This document shows positions 1-10,420 of a stretch of DNA of 64,000 nt, piece by piece. Within the stretch, counting starts at the first letter, position 1, and each line of letters begins with the position of its first letter. This DNA is from Squalus acanthias (taxonomy: Eukaryota), in assembly GCA_030390025.1 (NCBI GenBank), contig JASTWF010000048.1, forward strand, positions 806,001 to 870,000, given 5' to 3'. Position numbers and translations under genes: made by a program. The notes under the pieces were generated by a model. That model had not been told where the DNA came from and did no database searches. It saw nothing but the letters and a program-made list of their open reading frames with translations.

Positions 1-60
1 TCTGTGCGGCTGGTGATGGAGCGCAGCGTTTCACAACCGTCCAGCGCCGTGACAAGAACC
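1..60 (+). pseudogene. 3' end of a TCR V segment (..FCAAGDG) with a defective 23-RSS
   Basis: TC TGT GCG GCT GGT GAT GGA G, then heptamer CGCAGCG (22-28, invariant CAC broken), 23-nt spacer and nonamer ACAAGAACC (52-60). Confidence 0.75.
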
Positions 61-99
61 CCTGTCAATGAAGAAACCAACGCCATCCGTTTGGTCTCA

Positions 100-445
100 A
101 ACTCCTGACTATCCTGGGCTGTCCATCAGACGGCGAGCAGGCGGGGCTCACGATCAAAATGTTCGGGGGCGGGCTGTCAATTGGAGTGTGCGTGAGCGCA
201 GCTGTCAATCAGAATGTGAGGGGGATGGGGCTGGGATAGACGGAGCCGTGAAAGTCAGTGGTCTGTGAGGGAGCAGGGGGCTGTCAATCAGACTGAGTGC
301 GTGCGGGGCTGTCCATCATTCGGTGAGGGGGCGGGGCTATTAATCAGAACGTGAGGGGTTGACCTCTGAAACAGACTTTATGAGGGAGGGGCTGTCAATC
401 AGAATGTGAGGGGGCGCAACTGCCAACCAGACTGTGAGGGAGCCG
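100..445. repeat. Degenerate GC-rich tandem array (GTGAGGGGGCGGGGCTGTCAATCAGA-like units) upstream of V1
   Basis: Recurring GCTGTCAATCAGA or variants at ~173, 201, 280, 391 and others, interleaved with GGGGCGGG GC boxes. Confidence 0.7.
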
Positions 446-799
446 AGGGCACATTGGCAGCCACGCTTCCTACGTTACAACCGTGACTACACTGCAAAGT
501 ATTTTATTGGCTGTGATGCGCTTTGGGACGTTCCAGGGTCGTGGAAGGTGCTGTAGAACTTCAATTCTTTATTTATTTTTTCTTTCCGTCTTTCATTCCA
601 TTATGCCACGGAAACGCAAAAGGCATAACAGGACAAACATATCTCCTTCCTGCTGAAGCAAAAAGGCCACTTCCGCTGGACGATCACGGCACTTCCTGAT
701 TGGATGGGAGAAAAAACAAACGGAAGCGGAAGTAACAGCTTGGGGTAGATGCTAGCGGAGTGAATACGAGGACATATCATCTGCTGAACGCCTGAAAGC

Positions 800-1674
800 A
801 TGACCTCTACCGTTTTGGTGTGTTCCCTGTTGCTGCTTCTCTTAAGTAAGTACATTCTCTGTGGCGGAGCTCTTTCAATTGTCAACTTACTTGTGGCATC
901 TCAAATTGTGTTTGTTTCTAACGCAGTTACTCAATTCTCGTTTGAATGTACTCCGTTATCTAATAAAAACAGGGAGCGTCACGCCCCAGTCCCAACCCTA
1001 ACTCAGGACAGATCGGAAAAAAGGAAATAAAAACTTGCATTTCTTTAGCGCCAGTCACGTCCTCAGGACTTCCCAAATCGCTTCACAGGCAGTGAAATAC
1101 TTTATGAAGTGTAGTCTCTCTCATACTGTAGGAAAGGCGGCAGCCATTTGCGCACTGCAAGGTCACACAAACAGCAATATGATAATGACCAGACCACCTG
1201 CCTTTGTTCAGTGCTGTTGGCTGAGGCACTACCTGGAGTATTCCTAGTATGAATGTATCGATGTCAGATTGCTCCATGTATTTACCCAAGCCCCAATTGT
1301 TCAGTCAGCTTGTCTGTTGATCAAACACTTGGCTGTCCTTCTTTTCAATCCGCTTTCATTTGTGTTCTTCAGCCCCATCTGGATGTTTCTTCGTCCACCA
1401 GTGGGGGAGATGGTTGTCCGTTGGAAAGGGTCAAGAGGTGAAAATTCACTGTTACCAGAACGACACCATCAATACCTACATGTACTGGTACCGGCAGAAC
1501 AGCGGGGCAGAGTTGCAGTTCATAGCGGCCTCGGCGTCCGGCAGCGAGCCAACACACGGGGATGGATTCAAGGAAAGGTTTGAAGTACAGAGGCCTGATC
1601 GGAAGTCCTGCAACCTGAAAATACTGAGCGTCGAGCCGACTGACACGGCGGCGTATTACTGCGCTATTACACAG
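800..1674 (+). CDS. TRBV: TCR beta-like V segment V1, apparently functional. Leader 800-845, V exon 1373-1674, 23-RSS 1675-1713
   Basis: Leader MTSTVLVCSLLLLLL|GTAAGT; AG acceptor 1371-1372; IHC..WYRQ..YYCAITQ; CACAGCG-23-TCAAAAACT. Confidence 0.88.
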
Positions 1675-1932
1675 CACAGCGATTCAAATAGGTGCAGAGC
1701 CGGTTCAAAAACTCACTGCAACAGCGAACAGGAAGATGCCGGGACTCCCAGACCTACCGTCGCACGCTTAACGCGCATGACATTGCTCTGTCCGCTATAA
1801 TAACGCTGATTTGTGCGAAACCAGTTAACTTCTTCGCGAAAACAGACGATAGGATATCATTATACTTAAGGGATACGATTCTGCCTTTAACAATGCGACT
1901 GTCATTTCAGCACAATCATCTTCTTTCACGGA

Positions 1933-1946
1933 CCGCTAGGGGGAGC
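1933..1946 (+). promoter_or_regulatory. CTCF-like motif 220 bp 3' of the V1 RSS
   Basis: CCGCTAGGGGGAGC, close to the CCASYAGRKGGCRS core. Confidence 0.6.
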
Positions 1947-2049
1947 TCTGGTATAACAAGAGGAAGCGTACATTGAAACTTGCAGACTCATCGGAGCATA
2001 CTAACAGCAGTAGATCATTAAGCCGCTCAAGCTTGTTACATTGCAACAG

Positions 2050-2546
2050 AAAGACAGACTTGCATTTATACAGCACCTTTCAAGACCACCGGACGCCTCA
2101 AAGCGCTTTACAGCCAATGAAGTACTTTCAGTGTAGTCACTTTTGTAATGTGGGAAACGCGATGTCCAAATCGCGCACAGTAAGCTCTCACAAACAGCAC
2201 TGTGATAATGACGAAATAATATATTTTTGTTCTGTGGATTGAGGGATAAATATTGGCCAGGACACCGGGGATAACTCCCCTGCTCTTTTTCGAAATAGTG
2301 GCCATGGGATCCTTTACGTCCACATGAGAGAGCAGATGGGGCCTCGGTTTAACGTCTCATTAGAAAGACGGCAACTCCGACAGTGCAACACTCCCTCACT
2401 ACTGCCCTTCCGACACTGCAACACTCCCTCAGCACTTCACTGGAGTGTCAGCCTAGTCCTATGTGGTCAAATCCCTAAAGTGGGACGTGAACCCACAACC
2501 TTCTGACTCAGAGGCCATTGTGCTACCGACTGAACCACAGCTGACA
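2050..2546 (-). mobile_element. tRNA-derived SINE (DeuSINE/SacSINE1-like)
   Basis: Minus strand begins GTCAGCTGTGGTTCAGTCGGTAGC..GGTTCACGTCCC (A and B boxes), carries a central GGATCCCATGG..GTGTCCTGGCCAATATTTATCCCTCA domain and ends ATAAATGCAAGTC. Confidence 0.75.
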
Positions 2547-2559
2547 ATGACACAGTGTA

Positions 2560-3540
2560 CCATTTAGCCCCTCGAGCCTATTCCACCATTCAAACAGATC
2601 ATGGCTGATCTGTATTTTAACTCAATCTACCTGCCATTGTTCCGTAACCCTTAATAATCTTGCAGATCAAAAATCTACCAATCTCAGTTTTCAAATGTAA
2701 ATTGACCCACAGCCTCAACAGCTTTTTGTGGGAGCGAGTTCCCGGGTTCTCTACCCTTTGTGTGAAGAGGTGCTTCATGACATCACCCCTGAATGGCCTG
2801 GCTCTAATTTTAAGGTTCTGCCTCCTTGTTCTGGAGTCTCCCACTGGAGGTAATCGTTTCTTTCCATTCACCCTACCGCAGCCCTTAATCACCGTAAATA
2901 CATCAATTTGCCTCATGGGAAAGTTGGATTGATGCAGAAAAGCGCTAGTATGAAATAAGCAAGAGAAAGTATGAGATAAATATCAGGAACTAAGTTTGTT
3001 TTCTTTTTGTTCATTCTCGGGATGTGGGCGTCGCTGGCAAAGCAGGCAATTATGGCCCATCCCTAGTTAGCCCATCAGTGGTGGTGGTGAGCCTTCTTCT
3101 TGAACCGCTGCAGTCCGTGTGGTAAAGTTGCTCACACAGCACTGTTGCAGAAGGAGTTACATGATTCCAACTCAGTGACAATGAAGGACCGGCCTATATA
3201 TGTCCTATTCGGGATGCTGTTTGTGTGTATATGTGTTACTTGGCAGGGATCTTGAAAGTGATGGTGTTCATATTGGACCTGATGTGGCATTGGTTTATTA
3301 AAGCCAGAGACTGGTGAACCTGTGGAATTCTCTACCACAGAGGGCAGTTGAGGCCAATTCATTAAATATATTCAAGAAGGAAATATATATATTTCTTAAG
3401 GCTAAAGGGATCAAGGGATATGGGGAGAAAGCAGGGACAGGGTACTGAATTTGGATGATCAGCCATGATCTCATTAAATGGCGGAGCAAGCTCGAGCGGC
3501 CGATGGCCTACTCCTGCTCCTATCTTCTATGCTTCTATAC
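2560..3540. mobile_element. Cluster of LINE 3' fragments: CR1 (-) 2560-2910, second LINE (-) ~3005-3280, CR1 (+) 3300-3540
   Basis: CR1 ORF2 C-terminal motifs (FTQRV, IKGYG) and 3'UTR with TATGCTTC-type tail. Confidence 0.7.
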
Positions 3541-4078
3541 ATGTATCAAGTTAGTAATACTGAGCTCTAAAGCTCGGAGAATCCCGCTCTCGAAGCCCCA
3601 CTGGACCAAACCACTTCCACTCAGGGACAGGGATTCAAACAGGGAAACGGGCCGTTCCAACGAGCCAGCCCCTGTAATTAACCCTGCACGCCAGGAGATA
3701 GTTCGCATCACATTTACTTGCCATTCCCCGTAAACGGTCGACGTCTCTTCCTTCATCAAACATTCAAAGAGATGGAAGACCCCCGTAGGGGTATAGATCT
3801 ATCGAGCTCACCTTAGTGAGAACCAGGGGTCCAAGCAACCGAACCATTTTCCCAACTCGCCCCTCCCAACAGTCAGACACATACAATGAGTCCTGGATAC
3901 GGACCAGAAAAAGTTCATTTTCACACTGCTTTCTACCAGTGCGTCTGAACGCGATGTCATCCCGGAGGTGACGGTTTGGAATGGAAACCTACTTCTCGTG
4001 ATGTCATGTCCGGCAGTCAGTTTTACGTTTTGCTGCCTGAAATTGGTCAACTTGCAGATTCGGCCCCTCGTCTGCAGG

Positions 4079-5366
4079 ATGAAGTTACACATTCTCCTCG
4101 TTATTCTCGGGCCTCTGTTTTTATGTACGTATTCTCCGTTTATTAAGACACTGGAGCTCCAATTGTTTTTGCGTTTTCCTTCACTATTAACTCGTGATCA
4201 AACTAGATAGAAAACTGAACGTCTCTGCGGTCGAATTACTAACAATTTTATAAATTATTGTTTAAACTGCTTTAAAATGATAATTGAACGGAATATCGTT
4301 CTGAATAATTTTGTCCACGGAAGTTTTTGTCTAAATAGACATTACGTACATTTTCGTAACGCTACGATTTAAATTTTAACGTTAAGTTTTCCCTAATTCT
4401 AGATCAATTCACTCGATCGATCTATATATATATATATGTCTATCTACCTCTCTGCTGATCTAACCATTTTTCATATTTCTTTTTAATTATTCATGGCCAG
4501 CATTTATTGCCCCAGAGAAGGTGGTGTTTAGCCGCCTTCTTGAACCGCTGCAGCCAAATCAGAGGGCAGTTATGAGTTAACCACATTGCTGTGGGTCTGG
4601 AGTCACTTATAGGCCAGACCGGGTCAGGACGGTAGATTTCCAGTTCGGTTTATCCCGAAAATCCGGTAGTTTCATCGTTAGTTCACCATTACTGATCCTA
4701 GTTTTTTATTCCAGATGTATTTATTTAACTGAATTTGAAATCTCCAGCTGCCGTGGTGGGATTTGAACTCACAGTCTCCTGGATTGTTAGTCCTGGTCTC
4801 TGAATTACTACTTCAGTAAAATAACCAATATGATACCGTACCCCTGACATGCGCTGTGGTATCGTTAATCCGCCGGCGGATGCTCCTTGTTAATCGGAGG
4901 TGAAGCTCAGTATGTTCGGTTAAGAGCGGGTTTCCTTTTACAAAACGATAGAAAATGAGAATTCCACTCTGAAGATACAGAGAGATAAACCCACCCGCGT
5001 GGTGGGTTTCTGTATATGTTACATGATGCACTGATCTATGTAAACGTTCTCCTTACTTCCCAAGGTAAAACATTAGCAGAGGTGGTACACCAGTGGCCAA
5101 GTCTGGTGGCGGTGAATAAAGGCGAACCAGCAGAATTAAACTGTTACCAGAACGACAGCAGCAACAGCGTCATGAGGTGGTATCGGCAGTACGCCGGTCA
5201 GAGCCTCAACCTAATAGGCTATTCTCGTACTGCAGTACCATCCAGTTTGGAAGAAAACTTTGACAAGGAGGTCGAGATTGTAAGGCCCGAGGCGAAAAAG
5301 TGCACCCTGAAGGTCTTCAAGGTGAAGGCTGCGGATACAGCCGTGTATTACTGTGCAGCCAGTGAG
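4079..5366 (+). CDS. TRBV: TCR beta-like V segment V2, apparently functional. Leader 4079-4124, V exon 5065-5366, 23-RSS 5367-5405
   Basis: Leader MKLHILLVILGPLFL|GTACGT; acceptor AG 5063-5064; VVHQWP..LNC..WYRQ..YYCAASE; CACAACG-23-ACAAAAACC. Confidence 0.85.
4480..4840 (-). mobile_element. tRNA-derived SINE (second family) in the V2 intron
   Basis: Minus-strand head with B box GAGTTCAAATCCC; its tail matches the LINE 3' end seen at 3060-3120 and 13700-13740. Confidence 0.6.
4844..5020 (+). pseudogene. Decayed V-exon relic inside the V2 leader intron
   Basis: CTGACATGCGCTGTGGTATCGTTAATCCGCCGG matches V3 CTGACATGCTGTGGTATCGGCAATCCGCTGG; reads WYR*SAGGCSLLIGGEAQY..STLKIQRDKPT. Confidence 0.7.
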
Positions 5367-6019
5367 CACAACGCTGCAGACTGCGCGAGTGCCAGTACAA
5401 AAACCAACAGCGTGAACAACACAACTCACTGAAATACAGAAGGAATTATCATGACTGATATCTGCACGCTTCAAGGGCAGAATGACAGGAAATGCCAGAA
5501 AGTGNNNNNNNNNNNNNNNNNNNNNNNNNNNNNNNNNNNNNNNNNNNNNNNNNNNNNNNNNNNNNNNNNNNNNNNNNNNNNNNNNNNNNNNNNNNNNNNN
5601 NNNNNNNNNNNNNNNNNNNNNNNNNNNNNNNNNNNNNNNNNNNNNNNNNNNNNNNNNNNNNNNNNNNNNNNNNNNNNNNNNNNNNNNNNNNNNNNNNNNN
5701 NNNNNNNNNNNNNNNNNNNNNNNNNNNNNNNNNNNNNNNNNNNNNNNNNNNNNNNNNNNNNNNNNNNNNNNNNNNNNNNNNNNNNNNNNNNNNNNNNNNN
5801 NNNNNNNNNNNNNNNNNNNCTTAAAAGATGCGATTCAATATCCTTGGCTGCGTTCTTTTCTTTCTGGCAGTAATAATGTTAAAATTCAGTCGCAATCAAT
5901 GTTCCATGCTTCATCAATTAAAAATGAAAATTAATGATCTAAGTAATGCAATTCATTAACATCACCGCGGTGATGTGATATATGAGCAATCAATGAATTA
6001 ATACAAGATAGATGAATCT

Positions 6020-6412
6020 ATTACAATATCAAAATACTGCGGATGCTGGAAATCTGAAATAACAACAGAAAATGCTGGAAATACTCAGCAGCTCAGGAAG
6101 CATCCGTGGAGAGAGAAACCTAAGTTAACGTTTCAGGTCTGTGACCCTTCGTCAGAACTGGAAAAAGTTAAAGATTTAAGAGATTTTAAGCAGGTGCAGA
6201 GGCAGGGAAAGTGGGAAGGGAACGAATGAACAAAAGTGGAGGGTATGTGATAGGGTGGATGGCAGGAGTGGTTAAATGTTGCGAATGGGGATGGCACAAT
6301 CATCAACAGCTGCCGCCTGAAAACCAAAGTGCAGAGGTTATGGTCTGAAATTGTTGAACACCGTGTTGAGTCCAGAAGGCTATGAAGTGCCTAATTGAAA
6401 GATGAGGTGCTG
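6020..6412 (-). mobile_element. Penelope-like element fragment containing a hammerhead-like motif
   Basis: Same element repeated at 10066-10420; minus-strand CTGACGA..GAAACGTTAAC core. Confidence 0.6.
6123..6159 (-). ncRNA. Minimal type I hammerhead ribozyme motif (Penelope-type)
   Basis: Reverse complement AGTT-CTGACGA-AGGGTC-ACA-GACCT-GAAA-CGTT-AACT: stem I, core, stem II, GAAA and palindromic stem III. Confidence 0.6.
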
Positions 6413-6496
6413 TTACACTTTAATCTGTTTATTTTTGACAGTCCTCCGGCGGAAGCTCTGTGTTAATCGGAGGTGAAGCTCAGTATGTTCAGTTAA

Positions 6497-7130
6497 CTGG
6501 ACCAGCCACATGAACACTGTGGCAACAAGAGCAGGTCAGAGGCTGGGTATTCTGCGGCGAGTGTCTCACCTCTTGAATCCGCTAACCTTTCCAACATCTA
6601 TAAGGCACAAGTAAGGAGTGTGAAGGAATACTCTCCACTTGCCTGAATGAGTGCAGCTCCAACAAAACTCAAGAAGCTCGACACCATCCAGGACAAAGCA
6701 GCCCGCGTGATTGGCACCCCATCCACCACCTTAAACATTCACTCCCTCCACCACCGGCGTACCGTGGCTGCAGTGTGCACCATCTACAAGATGCACAGCA
6801 GCAACTCGCCAAGGCTTTTTCGGCAGCACCTCACAAACCCGCGAATTCTTCCACCTAGAAGGACAAGGGCCGCAGGCGCATGGGAACACCACAATCTCCA
6901 AGTTCCCCTCCAAGTCAGACACCACCTGACTTAAATGTATATCGCCGTTCCTTAATCTCTGGGTCAAAATCCTAGAACGCCCTTCCTAACAGCACTATGG
7001 GAGGACATTCAACACACGGACTGCAGCGGTTCAAGGAGGCAGCTCACCACCACCTTCTCAAGGGTATTTAAGGATGGGTAATAAATCGCTGGACTTGCCA
7101 GCGTCGCACACAACCCATAAACGAATGAAA
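6497..7130 (+). mobile_element. LINE 3' fragment (second non-LTR family, CR1/L2-like)
   Basis: KLDTIQDKAARVIG..IHSLHHRRTVAAVCTIYKMH; same family as 13622-14412 and 52160-53425. Confidence 0.75.
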
Positions 7131-7349
7131 AAAGAGCTAGTTTGCTGTTACAAAACGATGTAAAATAAGAATTCCACTCTGAAGACAGAGAAAGATAAAC
7201 CCACCACCGTGGCAATATATTTGTGTGCATGTGCAGTTGTTTATGGGACGAAACATCTTAGATTCATTCACCGCCAATCAAATAACCACATACAAGCTGA
7301 CCTCAAATTCACGTACTTTTATCGAGGAGCCTGAGAAAAGTGCCTCCTG

Positions 7350-8060
7350 CACAGTTCTTGCTTCATACAGCTTGGTTATACCGCACTTGGAGCACTGTGC
7401 ACAGTTCTGGTCTCCCGATACCTTGGTTAGACCAGACTTGCAGCACTTTGCGCAGTTTTGGTCTCCATATACCTTGGTTAGATTACATTTGGAGCACTGT
7501 GCGCAGTTCTGGTCTCCATATACCTTGGTTAGACCACACTTGGAGCACTGTGCGCAGTTCTGGTCTCCATATACCTTGGTTAGACCACACTTGGAGCACT
7601 GTGCACAGTTCTGGTCTCCGTATACTTTGGTTAGACCACAATTGGAGCACTGTGCGCAGGTCTGGTCTCCATATACCTTGGTTAGACCACTCCTGGAATA
7701 CTCTGCACAGTACTGGGCTCCATATACCTTGGTTAGAACAAACTTGGAATATTGTGCTAAGTTCTGGTCTCCATATACCTTGGCTAGTCCACACTTGGAG
7801 AACTCATGCTCAGTTCAGGTCTCCATATACCTTGGTTAGACCACACGGAGTACTGCGCACAGTTTTGGTCTACATAAAGATTGGTTAGACCACACTTGGA
7901 ATATTGTGTCCAGTTCTGGTCTCTATATACCTTGGTTAGAGCACACTTGGAGCACTCTCCACAGTTCTGGTCTCCGTTTACCTCGGTTAGATCACTCTTG
8001 AAGTACTGTGCACTGTTCTGGTCTCCATATACCTCCTCTAGATCATACTTAGAGTACTCA
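7350..8060 (+). repeat. 51-bp minisatellite derived from CR1 ORF2 (LVRPHLEHCAQFWSPYT)n, followed by a CR1 3' end to ~8440
   Basis: Unit CCATATACCTTGGTTAGACCACACTTGGAGCACTGTGCACAGTTCTGGTCT, ~13-14 copies; matches RALVRPHLEYCAQFWSP in the CR1 ORF at 18417-19793. Confidence 0.9.
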
Positions 8061-8444
8061 ATGTTTTAAACAGCAGGAAAGACTACTCAGGCTGGAATTC
8101 TTTTCTCTAGAACAGAGAAGACTGAGGGGTAACCTGATTGAGATCTTTAAGATTATGAAAGGATTTGGTAGGATCGACGTAGATAAGATGTTTCCACTTG
8201 TTGGGAGGCCAAAACTAGAGGCCATAAATATACGGTCGTTACTGATAAATCCTGTGGGAATTCAGGTGAAACTTCTTTGTCCAGAGGGTGGTAAGAATGC
8301 GGAAGTCGCTACCACAGCGAATGGTTGAGGCAAACACCATAGATGCATTGAAGGGGAAGCTAGATATACATACGAGGGTCAATGGAATAGAAGGGTATGC
8401 TGATAGGGTGAGATGAAGAGGCGGAGCAAGAGGCTGGTGTGGAG

Positions 8445-8900
8445 AAAGAAAGACTTGCATTGATATAGCGCCTTTCACGACCACTGGACGTCTCAAATCG
8501 CTTTACAACCAATAAAGTACTTTTGGAGTGTAATCACTTTTGTAATGTGGGAAACACAGCAGCCAATTTGCGCACAGCAAGCTCCCACAAACAGCCATGA
8601 AGTAATGGTCAGATAATCTGTTTTTTGTTATGTTGATTGAGCGATAAATATTGGCCAGGACACTGGGGACATCTCCCCTGCTCTTCTTCGAAATAGTGCC
8701 ATGGGATCTTCGAAGTTCACTTGACAGAGCAGACGGGGCCTCGGTTTAACATCCCATCCGAAAGGCGGCAACTCCGACAGTGCAGCACTCCCTCAGTATT
8801 ACATTGGAGTGTCAGCCTAGATTTATGTGCTGAAGTCCCTGGAGTGGGACTTGAACAAACAACTTTTTAACTCAGAGGTGAGTCACTGAGCCACAGCTGA
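8445..8900 (-). mobile_element. tRNA-derived SINE (DeuSINE/SacSINE1-like)
   Basis: Collinear with 2050-2546. Confidence 0.75.
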
Positions 8901-10065
8901 TACTGCACGGGCCATTTCGGCTGAATGATCTGATTCTGTGCTGGTCATTCTATGTAATTCCATGTAGCAAATGTCAGTATCTGAAGCAGAGGAGAACATT
9001 GGAAGATGGGGCTATGTCAAGATATGATTTGAAAAGACCTACGATTGCACTGGGACAACCCCGAAGTAACAGGTGCTTGTAGTCGCATTTTGCAGCCACT
9101 AATTGGCTCTGTAACTCCATTAAAGCCTGCGCTGTCACTCCATTGAAACATAAATGAATTGGCTCCAATTGAGAAATGTCGCAGCAGATGTAAGATTGCC
9201 TTAATGGTCAATTCGGTTGGTTCTGCACACCGTTCAGTTCTCGACAATTAAAGACAAGAAAGAAGGGAACAAAGAAAGAAAGAAGGAAAGAGAGAGAGAA
9301 AGAAAGAAAAGAGAGAAAAAGAAAGGACAGAGAGAAAGAATAAAAGAGAGGGAGACAAAGAAAGAAAGGGAGAGAGTAAGANNNNNNNNNNNNNNNNNNN
9401 NNNNNNNNNNNNNNNNNNNNNNNNNNNNNNNNNNNNNNNNNNNNNNNNNNNNNNNNNNNNNNNNNNNNNNNNNNNNNNNNNNNNNNNNNNNNNNNNNNNN
9501 NNNNNNNNNNNNNNNNNNNNNNNNNNNNNNNNNNNNNNNNNNNNNNNNNNNNNNNNNNNNNNNNNNNNNNNNNNNNNNNNNNNNNNNNNNNNNNNNNNNN
9601 NNNNNNNNNNNNNNNNNNNNNNNNNNNNNNNNNNNNNNNNNNNNNNNNNNNNNNNNNNNNNNNNNNNNNNNNNNNNNNNNNNNNNNNNNNNNNNNNNNNN
9701 NNNNNNNNNNNNNNNNNNNNNNNNNNNNNNNNNNNNNNNNNNNNNNNNNNNNNNNNNNNNNNNNNNNNNNNNNNNNNNNNNNNNNNNNNNNNNNNNNNNN
9801 NNNNNNNNNNNNNNNNNNNNNNNNNNNNNNNNNNNNNNNNNNNNNNNNNNNNNNNNNNNNNNNNNNNNNNNNNNNNNNNNNNNNNNNNNNNNNNNNNNNN
9901 NNNNNNNNNNNNNNNNNNNNNNNNNNNNNNNNNNNNCCATCAAAATCAGATGGTAAGTTCTCTGGCCCAATATTAAAGTTTTGCTGTTAATTTTGGGGGC
10001 AATTGCAACTGTTTGATCCGACTTCCGGATCTGGAGCTATGTCAATCAAACTGACCCGGATCTAT

Positions 10066-10420
10066 TACAATAGCAAAATACTGTGGATGCGGGGAATCTG
10101 AAATAACAACAGAAAATATTGGAAATACTCAGCAGGCCAGGTAGCATCCGTGGAGAGAGAAACAGAGTTAACGTTTCAGCTCGGGACCCTTCATGAGAAC
10201 TGGAAAAAGCTGCAGTTGTAACAGATATTAAGCAGGTGCAGAGACGCGGGGGTGGGGGCGGTTAGGAGGGGAGGAAGGACTGTGCTTATGAAAGAGGCAG
10301 GATAGATGAAATGTTGCAGATGGGAATGGCAAAATCATACAGCATGAAAAATGGGGGCAGGGATTATTGTCTGAAATTGTTGAACTCGATGTTGAGTCCG
10401 GAAGGCTGTAATATTTCGAT
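10066..10420 (-). mobile_element. Penelope-like element fragment with a degenerate hammerhead core (CTCATGA)
   Basis: Homologous to 6020-6412. Confidence 0.55.

Larger units (their letters stand above)
5828..7235 (+). pseudogene. Family-B V relic: leader 5828-5873 (donor mutated) and V fragments 6439-6496 and 7134-7235, split by a LINE
   Basis: MRFNILGCVLFFLAV leader homologous to 13202; QSSGGSSVLIGGEAQY..NKNSTLKTEKDKPTTVAIYLCA; no RSS visible. Confidence 0.7.

Noticed and set aside
7350-8060. 51-bp repeats as a CRISPR array or as a repeat-protein gene (ORFs 7225-7839, 28161-28397 and similar)
   Set aside because: Units are contiguous with no unique spacers, there are no cas genes and the context is vertebrate. 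The ORFs are a by-product of a 17-codon CR1 fragment and break at different places in each array.
5451-9990. Long ORFs made mostly of X residues (also 32545-33331 and 45328-45978)
   Set aside because: Artefacts of translating across N gaps.
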